Shown piece by piece: positions 10,428 to 18,781 of a DNA stretch of 40,000 bases. The stretch is taken from NCBI RefSeq assembly GCF_018884285.1, contig NZ_CP035817.1, one strand, 5' to 3'. The notes under the pieces were generated by a model. That model worked only from the letters and a program-made list of their open reading frames with translations. It was not told where the DNA came from and did no database searches. A program made the translations under genes and the position numbers. How positions within the stretch are numbered: position 1 is the first letter of the stretch; each line of letters begins with the position of its first letter. The DNA is from Escherichia coli. GTDB lineage: Bacteria; Pseudomonadota; Gammaproteobacteria; Enterobacterales; Enterobacteriaceae.

Positions 10428-11302
10428 TGCAATTTTCCCCCCGCCGCGGCGACGGCTTCGCTAATCACTTTTTTGGTCATCGTCTGGATGAGATGCAGAC
10501 GAAACTCTTTACTGGCCCGCCATGAAGAACGCGGGGCGACATCTTGCAGGACAGATTCGCTGATAGCTTCCAGCGTTTGCAGGTTTAATGGCGCATTTTG
10601 TGCAGTCTGTTCGGCATGTTGGCAGCGAATCGGCGTTGGCGCGGCAACACCAAATGCCAGGCGTAATTCGCTGAAATTGCCGTTATCCAGTCGGCAATGT
10701 GCGGCGCAGCCAATCGTTGAAATATCCATTGCGTCGCGCATGGCATATTTAAAATGCGCGCTGCCCGCGTGTTCTTTCGGCTGTGGCGGAAAATGAAAGG
10801 CGACGAGGATTTCGTCATGCTCAAGAGACACTTTGCCCGGCCCGGTGTGAAAGCCATTAATCGGGACGAAACGAACACCGCGCGGGGAGTGGATCTCCAG
10901 TTTCGCGTCATAAATTAGCGTTGGCGTGGCAGAATCTGCGCTGGTGGCACCGTTGCAAATATTTCCACCGTAGGTAGCGACGTTACGGATCTGCGGTCCA
11001 GCAATGGACGTGGCCGCAGCACATAACGCCGGGAGATGACGTTGAGTTATAGGATCTTCTATTAGCTGGGTAAATGTCGTTGCAGAGCCGATACGTAGCG
11101 AGCCATCTTCCGCCAGCGTAATTCCCCGCAGCTCCGCCAGATTATGAATATCAACAATATGGCGATAACGGTCATTGTGATGGTGGAGCTGAATCAGTAC
11201 GTCAGTGCCACCGGCGAGCAGTTTGGCCTGCGGGTTGTCAGCCAGCAGGTTGATGGCATCGGCAAGGGTTGCTGCGCGATGGTAAGAAGCAAAATCAAAC
11301 AT
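10424..11302 (-). CDS. xdhB: Xanthine dehydrogenase FAD-binding subunit
   Basis: 292-aa ORF. It is a CO-dehydrogenase-flavoprotein-like FAD-binding domain ([13 protein letters not shown]). Confidence 0.92.
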
Positions 11303-11312
11303 GATGTTATCC

Positions 11313-13571
11313 TCAAATCAATCCTGCCAGATGGAACTCTTCATATAACCGTTTTGGCGTCAGCGGCAGTGTATTGATTGCAACACCGGTAGCCATCTTC
11401 ACCGCGTTACGAATAGCAGCGGCAACAGGAATTATTGGTGGCTCACCCAGTGACTTATGTCCGTATGCGGATTGCGGCTCATTGATTTCGACGAACGCGC
11501 TTTCCAGTTGTGGCAGATCCGGCATGGTCGGCATTTTGTAATCCAGCAGATTGGGGTTACGGACCACGCCGCTTTTAGCATCGATGATCATCTCTTCAAA
11601 TAGCGCCCAGCCAATGCCCATTCCCATTCCGCCGTGTACCTGACCTTCTGCCAGCAGTGGATTAAGAATATGCCCTGAATCATGAACGTTGAGGATGCGG
11701 TTGATGATGACTTTGCACAGCGCAATATCGACCGTCAGATCAACAAAGGTACAGCCAAACGCCGGTGGGTTAGTGGTGGTTTTGATGGAGCTTTCAGCAG
11801 AGAGCTGCCCGCCGCGTTCAGGGTGGTAGAAAGCGTCCATCGCCAAATCTTTTAACGACATTAACGGCTCTTCCGGTCGTTCAACCAGCACGATATGGCC
11901 TTTTATCAGGGTCAGATTCATCGCTGACTGATGTAGCATGACTGCGGCGTGAGCGATGATTTTCTCTTTTAATAATAGTGCCGCACTGCGCAGCGCAGGC
12001 GCGGCAACATAGCTCTGGCGTGAGGCAAATGCGCCGGGATCGAACGGCGTAACGTCGGTATCTTGAGTTGAAATAACGCGAACGTCGCTGACCGGAACCC
12101 CCACGGTTTCTGCCACCATTTGCGAGAAGACGGTGTCGGCACCCTGACCGATTTCCGTCGCGCCGCTTTGCACGTTGATGGTTCCATCCTGATTCATCAG
12201 AAGGCGCGCGCCTGCTATTTCTACGCCGACAGGCCAGGTGTTAGAGGTGTAGCTAAAACAGGCGACGCCAACGCCGCGGCGCAAATTGCCTTGCTGGTTC
12301 TGGCATTCTGCACGGCGTTTTTCCCATTCAAAGATTTTCCGGCCTTTTTCAAGACACTCCGGCAACCCTGCGCTGTAAATACGTTTGCCCGTGAGCGGAT
12401 TAGCATCTCCTTCGCGGGCGGCGTTGCGTAAACGAATTTCAACAGGATCAATACCTAACGCTGTCGCGGCGTCATCAAGCATAGACTCAACGGCAAATAC
12501 GACTTGTGGCGCGCCATAACCACGCATCGCACCAGCCGAGGGGAGGTTGGTATAGCAGGTCTTTGAACTGTAAGCGTAGGCACAACGAGGATAAAGGTAA
12601 GCGACTTTATTCCCCCCCGCAGAAGCGATGGAGTGCCCGTGAGATGCATAAGCGCCGGTGTTAGACAGAACATCCAGACTATAACCTTTCAATGTTCCGT
12701 CGCGGTTCACGCCCATTTGCCCGTCAATGGTAAAAGCGTGGCGGGTACGGGTTGCGAGGAAACACTCTTCACGGCTAAGGGAAACTTTCACCGGAATGCC
12801 GCCAAGCTTGCTGGTCAGGAATGCCGCCATTGGCTCTTCCAGTACATCCTGTTTATTACCAAAACCGCCACCGACAAACGGTTTGATGACTCGTACGCAT
12901 GACCAGGGAATATCCAGCGCCTGACCAACCACGCGGCGAACAATGTGCGGGATCTGGGTGCTGGAAACGATGGTAATTCGCGAGTCATCCTCCATCCACG
13001 CCAGCGATGTTACGCTTTCCATGTGACAATGTTGAATAACGGGGGTCTGATAGTGCCCCTGTACCTGGTAGTCGGCGGCATCGATTGTTTGTTGGACATT
13101 ACCCGTCGACATCGTGCTTTGTTTCAGTAAATTGCCACCGTTATGGATTGGTGCAGCGTCTTCTGCCAGCGCCGCTTCTGGCGTGGTGATAACGGGTAAT
13201 TCTTGCCACTCAATGCTGACCAATTGCGCCGCTTTTTCTGCCGTGAGTTCATCGCGGGCCACGACGATGGCAACGGCGTCACCATGATGACGAACATGGC
13301 GAGTTAGCAGTGCGCGATCGGCGGTATCGCGCTTGTTTTCGTCAAGTGTCCAGGCATGCCCAGCAGTAGCAAATGGAATATCAGGCACATCTTCCCAGGT
13401 AAAAATCGCCAGTACGCCCGGCAAACTTCTGGCTTGTTCATCATTAATACTTACGGCATAACCATGTGCGATAGGGCTACGTACATATTTCGCATAACAC
13501 ATGCCCGCCATAACATAATCGTCAGTATATCGTGCCCGCCCGGTGACCTTAGCAATGGCATCGACGCGCAT
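11313..13571 (-). CDS. xdhA: Xanthine dehydrogenase molybdopterin-binding large subunit
   Basis: It belongs to the aldehyde oxidase/xanthine dehydrogenase family (FVGGGFGNKQD). I chose the start at the internal ATG giving MRVDAIAKVTG... (752 aa, as I recall for K-12). The track ORF extends to 13610. Confidence 0.9.
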   Translation of the reverse strand: MRVDAIAKVTGRARYTDDYVMAGMCYAKYVRSPIAHGYAVSINDEQARSLPGVLAIFTWEDVPDIPFATAGHAWTLDENKRDTADRALLTRHVRHHGDAVAIVVARDELTAEKAAQLVSIEWQELPVITTPEAALAEDAAPIHNGGNLLKQSTMSTGNVQQTIDAADYQVQGHYQTPVIQHCHMESVTSLAWMEDDSRITIVSSTQIPHIVRRVVGQALDIPWSCVRVIKPFVGGGFGNKQDVLEEPMAAFLTSKLGGIPVKVSLSREECFLATRTRHAFTIDGQMGVNRDGTLKGYSLDVLSNTGAYASHGHSIASAGGNKVAYLYPRCAYAYSSKTCYTNLPSAGAMRGYGAPQVVFAVESMLDDAATALGIDPVEIRLRNAAREGDANPLTGKRIYSAGLPECLEKGRKIFEWEKRRAECQNQQGNLRRGVGVACFSYTSNTWPVGVEIAGARLLMNQDGTINVQSGATEIGQGADTVFSQMVAETVGVPVSDVRVISTQDTDVTPFDPGAFASRQSYVAAPALRSAALLLKEKIIAHAAVMLHQSAMNLTLIKGHIVLVERPEEPLMSLKDLAMDAFYHPERGGQLSAESSIKTTTNPPAFGCTFVDLTVDIALCKVIINRILNVHDSGHILNPLLAEGQVHGGMGMGIGWALFEEMIIDAKSGVVRNPNLLDYKMPTMPDLPQLESAFVEINEPQSAYGHKSLGEPPIIPVAAAIRNAVKMATGVAINTLPLTPKRLYEEFHLAGLI

Positions 13572-13665
13572 GCATGATTCACCCGTAGCGGTTGCTTCCC
13601 GCGCTTCCATAGAAATCCCCTCGATTTGAACATTTGGTTCTTATGGCAAAGATTTAGTCTAAGCA

Positions 13666-13681
13666 GGCAAGATTTACGCCA
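13666..13681 (-). promoter_or_regulatory. Sigma54 (-24/-12) promoter candidate for xdhABC
   Basis: The minus strand reads TGGCGT-AAATC-TTGCC, which is GG-N10-GC with TTGC at -12. It lies about 85 nt upstream of the xdhA ATG at 13571. The sigma54 activator ygeV is encoded next to the operon. Confidence 0.45.
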
Positions 13682-14024
13682 GAAACGACGATAAGCGTTA
13701 GGGGAGGTAGGAAGTGTGATGACGTTAAAAAAACACAGATATGATACGAAACAGGACTCTGAATAGGGGCAGTGATACGTATCAATATGAGTGGCGATAA
13801 AATCAATGTGATAAATTGGGATTATTACGCATCAGGATGGGAAATAGGGTAAAAAGTCAGGAAGTTCGATACCTCTACAGCGAATATTTTGCTGATGATA
13901 CTTCCCTTTGCCAAATGAAATTAACCTCTTTCTCTATTACCACGTTTTTCCAGAAGCAAGAGATTGGGTATCAAGAGGCTGGCTGCTATGATAAGGCGTC
14001 TTGTTTTTTAAGCGAGGAAAGATT

Positions 14025-14780
14025 TTGAGTGCGGGACGCCTGAATAAAAAATCTCTGGGTATCGTGATGTTGTTATCGGTTGGACTGCTTTTGGCGGGCT
14101 GTTCGGGTAGCAAATCATCCGATACAGGAACGTATTCCGGCTCCGTTTACACCGTGAAACGGGGGGATACGCTATATCGTATTTCGCGCACCACGGGAAC
14201 CAGCGTAAAAGAACTGGCGCGACTGAACGGCATTTCCCCCCCTTACACCATTGAAGTTGGTCAGAAACTAAAACTAGGTGGGGCGAAAAGTAGCAGTAGT
14301 ACACGTAAATCAACCGCCAAATCAACGACCAAAACCGCATCGGTTACACCGTCATCAGCGGTACCGAAATCTTCCTGGCCGCCAGTAGGGCAACGTTGTT
14401 GGTTATGGCCAACGACAGGGAAAGTTATCATGCCGTATTCGACAGCAGATGGCGGCAATAAAGGGATTGATATCTCAGCTCCACGGGGTACACCTATTTA
14501 CGCCGCGGGTGCAGGAAAGGTGGTGTATGTGGGCAACCAGCTGCGTGGCTACGGTAATCTCATCATGATTAAACACAGTGAAGATTACATTACGGCTTAC
14601 GCCCATAATGACACGATGCTGGTAAATAATGGGCAAAGCGTGAAGGCTGGGCAAAAAATCGCCACTATGGGGAGCACGGATGCGGCATCTGTTCGCCTGC
14701 ATTTCCAGATTCGTTACCGTGCAACGGCAATTGATCCGCTACGTTACTTGCCGCCGCAGGGCAGCAAGCCAAAATGCTGA
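14025..14780 (+). CDS. ygeR: LysM + degenerate LytM (M23) domain lipoprotein
   Basis: It has a lipobox LLAGC, a LysM domain (YTVKRGDTLYRISR...) and a C-terminal M23-like domain. I chose the start at TTG 14025 (MSAGRLNKK..., 251 aa as recalled for K-12). The track ORF starts at 14001. Confidence 0.85.
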   Translation: MSAGRLNKKSLGIVMLLSVGLLLAGCSGSKSSDTGTYSGSVYTVKRGDTLYRISRTTGTSVKELARLNGISPPYTIEVGQKLKLGGAKSSSSTRKSTAKSTTKTASVTPSSAVPKSSWPPVGQRCWLWPTTGKVIMPYSTADGGNKGIDISAPRGTPIYAAGAGKVVYVGNQLRGYGNLIMIKHSEDYITAYAHNDTMLVNNGQSVKAGQKIATMGSTDAASVRLHFQIRYRATAIDPLRYLPPQGSKPKC

Positions 14781-14813
14781 TGGCGAATTAATCAGCAGTC
14801 AGCAGCGCGGCAC

Positions 14814-14841
14814 TTGCTAAGGAGAGCGTAAGGTTTATAAT
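14814..14841 (+). promoter_or_regulatory. Sigma70 promoter candidate for glyU
   Basis: TTGCTA-N16-TATAAT, with the -10 ending 17 nt before the mature tRNA 5' end. A GC-rich discriminator (GCCTTACGC) follows, as is typical of stringently controlled tRNA promoters. Confidence 0.55.
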
Positions 14842-14858
14842 GCCTTACGCATCTCGAA

Positions 14859-14932
14859 GCGGGCGTAGTTCAATGGTAGAACGAGAGCTTCCCAAGCTCT
14901 ATACGAGGGTTCGATTCCCTTCGCCCGCTCCA
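14859..14932 (+). tRNA. glyU: tRNA-Gly (anticodon CCC)
   Basis: 74 nt: GCGGGCG acceptor stem pairing with CGCCCGC, D arm GTTC/GAAC, anticodon stem AGAGC/GCTCT with loop TTCCCAA, T arm GAGGG-TTCGATT-CCCTT, and an encoded CCA end. Confidence 0.97.
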
Positions 14933-15165
14933 ATTTATCTTCACCTGATCAATCTGCCATTTTTGCTGTATCTGATTTTCTATATTATCTTAATTCAATC
15001 GCTTCAGACTTTTCGCAATCGCCGTAATACTTCCCCATTTTGTTGTAAATAAAAAGCGTTTACGCAATGCAATCCTTTTGTAACAACCCAGGTAAAACAC
15101 CTTATTTTCAAGTTGTTAAATAAGTGGTTATCTACGCTTTTAACAAACGATTGATGGAATATTTT

Positions 15166-16776
15166 ATGAAAGGGAAATCTGCATTAACTCTTCTGCTCGC
15201 TGGTATATTTTCGTGCGGCACATGCCAGGCGACAGGGGCAGAAGTGACGAGTGAATCTGTATTTAACATTCTTAATTCCACGGGGGCAGCAACAGATAAA
15301 AGTTATTTATCGTTAAATCCAGATAAGTATCCTAATTATCGTCTTTTGATTCACTCAGCCAAATTACAAAATGAAATAAAGAGCCACTATACCAAAGACG
15401 AAATTCAAGGATTGCTAACATTAACAGAAAACACACGAAAGTTAACGTTGACGGAGAAACCCTGGGGAACGTTTATTCTTGCTTCTACTTTCGAAGATGA
15501 CAAAACAGCGGCAGAAACCCACTATGATGCTGTCTGGCTGAGGGATAGTTTATGGGGCTATATGGCATTAGTATCAGATCAGGGAAATAGTGTAGCCGCA
15601 AAAAAGGTTCTGCTCACCCTGTGGGATTATATGTCTACGCCCGACCAGATTAAGCGGATGCAGGACGTCATTAGCAACCCCAAACGACTGGATGGAGTTC
15701 CCGGGCAAATGAATGTTGTGCATATCCGATTTGACAGCAACTCCCCCGTGATGGCAGATGTGCAGGAAGAAGGCAAGCCGCAGCTGTGGAACCATAAACA
15801 AAATGATGCGTTAGGTCTTTATCTTGATCTCCTTATACAAGCAATCGACACTGATACAATTAACGCTGAAGATTGGCAAAAAGGTGACCGATTAAAATCG
15901 GTTGCGCTGCTGATTGCTTATCTGGATAAAGCCAATTTCTATGTTATGGAAGATTCCGGAGCATGGGAAGAAGATGCCCGATTAAACACATCTTCCGTTG
16001 CACTGGTGACCTCTGGACTGGAACGTTTGTCGAACTTACTCTCGAAGAAAGACTCTGTTTTTGTCTCTGATTTACTACGCGAAGCTAAAGCCAATGAACT
16101 GGATGAACCTCTTTCAACAACGAGGTTGAACCACCTCATAGATAAAGGTTATGAAAGAATAACGTTACAGCTTGATTTAGGGGGAGAATCCCCAGGTTAT
16201 CTGGAAAAAGATAAACATTACAGAGAAGCCGATGCGGCTTTACTTAATGTTATTTATCCTGCAAATCTTGCAAAGATAAACACCAGAAGAAAAGAGCAGG
16301 TTCTAAAAATAGTTAAAAAACTAGCAGGTCCGTATGGTATAAAAAGATACGAGAAGGATAATTATCAGTCGGCAAATTTTTGGTTCAATGATATTAAAAC
16401 CGATACCGATCAAAATTCACATGCGAAAAGAGAAAAGAGCTTCATTCCATCAACAGAAGCAGAATGGTTTTTTGACTCATGGTATGCAAAATCAGCAGCA
16501 ATTGTTTATAAAGAATCAAGAAAGGAAGAGTATTTGAATGACTCAGTGCAATTTATGAATAGATCATTGGCCCAAATAACAGGCGAGAATATGATTGGTG
16601 CAAATGGCAGGAGTGTACCTGAAATGGCACTTCCCGAAAGCTATAACTATATCCACAAGTCGGGAACTTTGCATGAAGCGCCAAGCCCTATCATTCCGCT
16701 AAATTGGTCGAAAGCTTCAATGACTCTCATGTTGAAAGAGATGTCCAACCTTATCAATGATGAGGGAATTAAATAG
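15166..16776 (+). CDS. ygeQ: Secreted or lipoprotein glycoside hydrolase family 15 (glucoamylase/trehalase-like) protein, apparently full length
   Basis: The N-terminal signal peptide is MKGKSALTLLLAGIFSCGTCQA. GH15-type motifs are present (AVWLRDSLW; EDSGAWEED). I chose the start at the ATG that precedes the signal peptide. The track ORF starts at GTG 15124. I recall K-12 ygeQ/ygeP as disrupted fragments of this gene. Confidence 0.7.
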   Translation: MKGKSALTLLLAGIFSCGTCQATGAEVTSESVFNILNSTGAATDKSYLSLNPDKYPNYRLLIHSAKLQNEIKSHYTKDEIQGLLTLTENTRKLTLTEKPWGTFILASTFEDDKTAAETHYDAVWLRDSLWGYMALVSDQGNSVAAKKVLLTLWDYMSTPDQIKRMQDVISNPKRLDGVPGQMNVVHIRFDSNSPVMADVQEEGKPQLWNHKQNDALGLYLDLLIQAIDTDTINAEDWQKGDRLKSVALLIAYLDKANFYVMEDSGAWEEDARLNTSSVALVTSGLERLSNLLSKKDSVFVSDLLREAKANELDEPLSTTRLNHLIDKGYERITLQLDLGGESPGYLEKDKHYREADAALLNVIYPANLAKINTRRKEQVLKIVKKLAGPYGIKRYEKDNYQSANFWFNDIKTDTDQNSHAKREKSFIPSTEAEWFFDSWYAKSAAIVYKESRKEEYLNDSVQFMNRSLAQITGENMIGANGRSVPEMALPESYNYIHKSGTLHEAPSPIIPLNWSKASMTLMLKEMSNLINDEGIK

Positions 16777-16788
16777 TTTTCATAATGA

Positions 16789-16908
16789 GTTACAGCACAA
16801 CGTTGGGTATTGACTGAGCAAGATGAACGACAAGGACAACGACATCAGCCTTATGAGGAGCAAGAAAATGAAAGCAAATTCGAAAACGATCAGAAGGATG
16901 AAAGTTAA
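16789..16908 (+). pseudogene. About 39-codon 3' remnant of the gene that preceded epaO (probably eivJ, SctP/InvJ-like); this is the deletion scar
   Basis: The frame opens only after TAA TGA at 16783-16788 and reads ...QDERQGQRHQPYEEQENESKFENDQKDES*. Its stop overlaps the epaO ATG as TAATG, a translational-coupling junction. There is no start codon or N-terminal part. Confidence 0.4.
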
Positions 16909-17855
16909 TGTTCGGTCTGAGGAAAGTAAATCGAAACACTCATACGTTTGAAACCACTTTTCAAAATTGGAAAGAAAATGGCGAAGATGTTGCATTATTA
17001 ATGCCCGAATTTAGTGCTAAATGGTTACCGATAGCAGAAGAGAGTGGCAGCTGGTCTGGATGGGTATTGCTTGGAGAAATATTTCCCTTAATTTCATCTG
17101 AGCTCGCTGGGATGGCTTTAATGCCAGAAACGGAAAGGTTAATAGGGGAATGGCTCAGTTTATCCAGTTCCCCGTTAAATCTAAAGCATCCTGAACTAAA
17201 ATATAATCGTTTGCACGTAGGTAAAGTATTTGATGGAGTATTGAGCCCTGCTCAACCACTAATAAGAATATGAACAGGGGAATTGAATCTTTGGTTAGAT
17301 AAAGTCACAGTCTGCCAATACGGAAACGCTCCAGTGTTAGACAAAAAATCATTATATTGGTCCATTCATTTTGTAATTGGATTTAGTAAAACATGTTACA
17401 GAAGTCTTGTTGATATTGAAGTTGGTGATGTTTTATTAATCTCAAATAATTTGGCTTATGCGGTTATTTATAATACAAAAATTTGTGATTTAATTTATCC
17501 AGAGGAGTTAAAAATGGCTGATCATTTTGAGTACGAGGAAGATTTTGAAACAGATGATTTTGATATCAAAAAAAACGAGAGTGAGATTTATGATGAAAAT
17601 GACGAACAGATGAATAATAGTTTTGAAGAGTTGCCTGTAAAAATTGAGTTTGTTCTTGGTAAGAAAATAATGAATCTATATGAAATAGACGATCTCTGTG
17701 CAAAAAGAATAATATCTCTGCTTCCTGAATCTGAGAAAAATATAGAGATACGTGTAAATGGTGCGCTAACTGGCTATGGCGAACTTGTTGAAGTGGATGA
17801 TAAATTGGGCGTAGAAATTCATTCTTGGTTATCAGGGAATAATAATGTCAAATAG
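16908..17855 (+). pseudogene. epaO: SctQ/SpaO-family sorting-platform protein interrupted by an in-frame TGA at 17271-17273
   Basis: Track ORFs 16908..17273 and 17283..17855 are in the same frame. LIRI*TGELNLWLDKV aligns with SpaO LLHIMSDRGGLWFEHL. The C-terminus has the SpoA/FliN-like motif (VNGALTGYGELVEVDDKLGVEIHSW). Confidence 0.8.
17502..17516 (+). promoter_or_regulatory. Internal Shine-Dalgarno (GAGGAG) plus ATG inside epaO that could express a 113-aa C-terminal SctQ-C product (17514..17855)
   Basis: GAGGAG at 17502-17507 lies 6 nt upstream of the in-frame ATG at 17514. Internal initiation producing SctQ-C is established for SpaO, YscQ and Spa33. Confidence 0.45.
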
Positions 17856-18510
17856 CATTTCGCTGATAGCGATATTATCATTATTTACACTATTGCCGTT
17901 TATAATAGCATCCGGGACATGTTTTATTAAATTCTCGATTGTTTTTGTTATTGTCCGAAACGCGCTGGGACTTCAGCAAGTGCCATCAAATATGACACTT
18001 AATGGGGTTGCTTTGCTATTGTCAATGTTCGTAATGATGCCGGTTGGGAAGGAAATATATAATAACAGTCAGAATGAGAATCTTTCATTCAATAATGTAG
18101 CATCGGTTGTTAATTTTGTTGAGACAGGCATGAGTGGTTATAAATCATATTTGATAAAATATTCTGAACCTGAGTTGGTTAGCTTTTTTGAAAAGATTTA
18201 GAAGGTGAATAGTTCTGAAGACAATGAAGAGATAATCGATGATGATAATATTTCAATTTTCTCGTTACTGCCCGCATATGCATTGAGTGAGATAAAAAGT
18301 GCATTTATTATAGGTTTTTATATCTATTTACCCTTTGTCGTAGTGGATCTGGTTATATCCAGCGTTCTGTTAACGTTAGGTATGATGATGATGAGTCCGG
18401 TAACCATATCTACACCGATAAAATTAATTTTGTTTGTCGCGATGGACGGTTGGACAATGTTATCAAAAGGGCTCATTTTACAATATTTTGACCTATCCAT
18501 TAATCCCTGA
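17845..18510 (+). pseudogene. epaP: SctR/SpaP (FliP-family) export apparatus protein interrupted by an in-frame TAG at 18199-18201
   Basis: Track ORFs 17845..18201 and 18205..18510 share a frame. FFEKI*KVNS aligns with SpaP FFENAQLKRQ, which suggests CAG to TAG. The flanking sequence is highly SpaP-like (LLPFIIASGTCFIKFSIVFV...; LLPAYALSEIKSAF). Confidence 0.85.
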
Positions 18511-18519
18511 GGAAAAAAT

Positions 18520-18780
18520 ATGGACGATATTGTTTTTGCGGGGAATAGGGCGCTGTATCTGATTTTAGTTATGTCTGCAGGACCTATTGCAGTTGCGACA
18601 TTTGTTGGTTTATTGGTAGGGCTTTTTCAAACGGTAACGCAGTTGCAAGAACAGACGTTGCCATTTGGCGTGAAATTATTGTGCGTAAGTATTTGCTTTT
18701 TTTTAATGAGCGGGTGGTATGGTGAAAAATTATATTCATTTGGTATCGAAATGCTGAATTTAGCATTCGCGAGAGGATAG
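18520..18780 (+). CDS. epaQ: SctS/SpaQ (FliQ-family) export apparatus protein, intact
   Basis: 86-aa ORF, the same length as SpaQ, with two hydrophobic helices. It is syntenic between epaP and epaR. Confidence 0.85.
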   Translation: MDDIVFAGNRALYLILVMSAGPIAVATFVGLLVGLFQTVTQLQEQTLPFGVKLLCVSICFFLMSGWYGEKLYSFGIEMLNLAFARG

Positions 18781-18781
18781 C

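Noticed and set aside
295-13633. Many 60-150-aa ORFs in the track lie antisense to, or out of frame within, yqeB, yqeA, hyuA, ygeY, ygeX, ygeW, ygeV and xdhABC (for example 295..513, 1746..1991, 3507..3821, 4390..4830, 5645..6106, 12120..12431).
   Set aside because: Each is fully nested in a long ORF with clear family motifs. They have no convincing start context and show the skewed composition typical of shadow frames in GC-normal coding DNA.
13816-14028. A 70-aa ORF between xdhA and ygeR.
   Set aside because: It lies in the promoter region and has no SD. It runs into the ygeR start region and is probably spurious.
14826-14850. The 8-bp inverted repeat GCGTAAGG...CCTTACGC around the glyU -10 box as a regulatory hairpin or ygeR terminator.
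   Set aside because: There is no T tract after the stem, and the loop is the TATAAT element itself. It could be coincidental or a weak ygeR 3' structure, and I cannot support a function from sequence alone.
14840-15052. A 70-aa ORF in the track overlapping glyU.
   Set aside because: It reads straight through the tRNA-Gly gene, and the peptide (…RSSMVERELPKLYTRVRFPSPAP…) is simply the tRNA translated. It is not a gene.
17271-17273. Whether the in-frame TGA in epaO could encode selenocysteine, given the selenium-linked genes nearby.
   Set aside because: I see no SECIS-like stem-loop directly downstream. SctQ proteins are not known selenoproteins. The locus also carries TAG, TAA and frameshift lesions in neighbouring genes, so plain decay is the simpler explanation.
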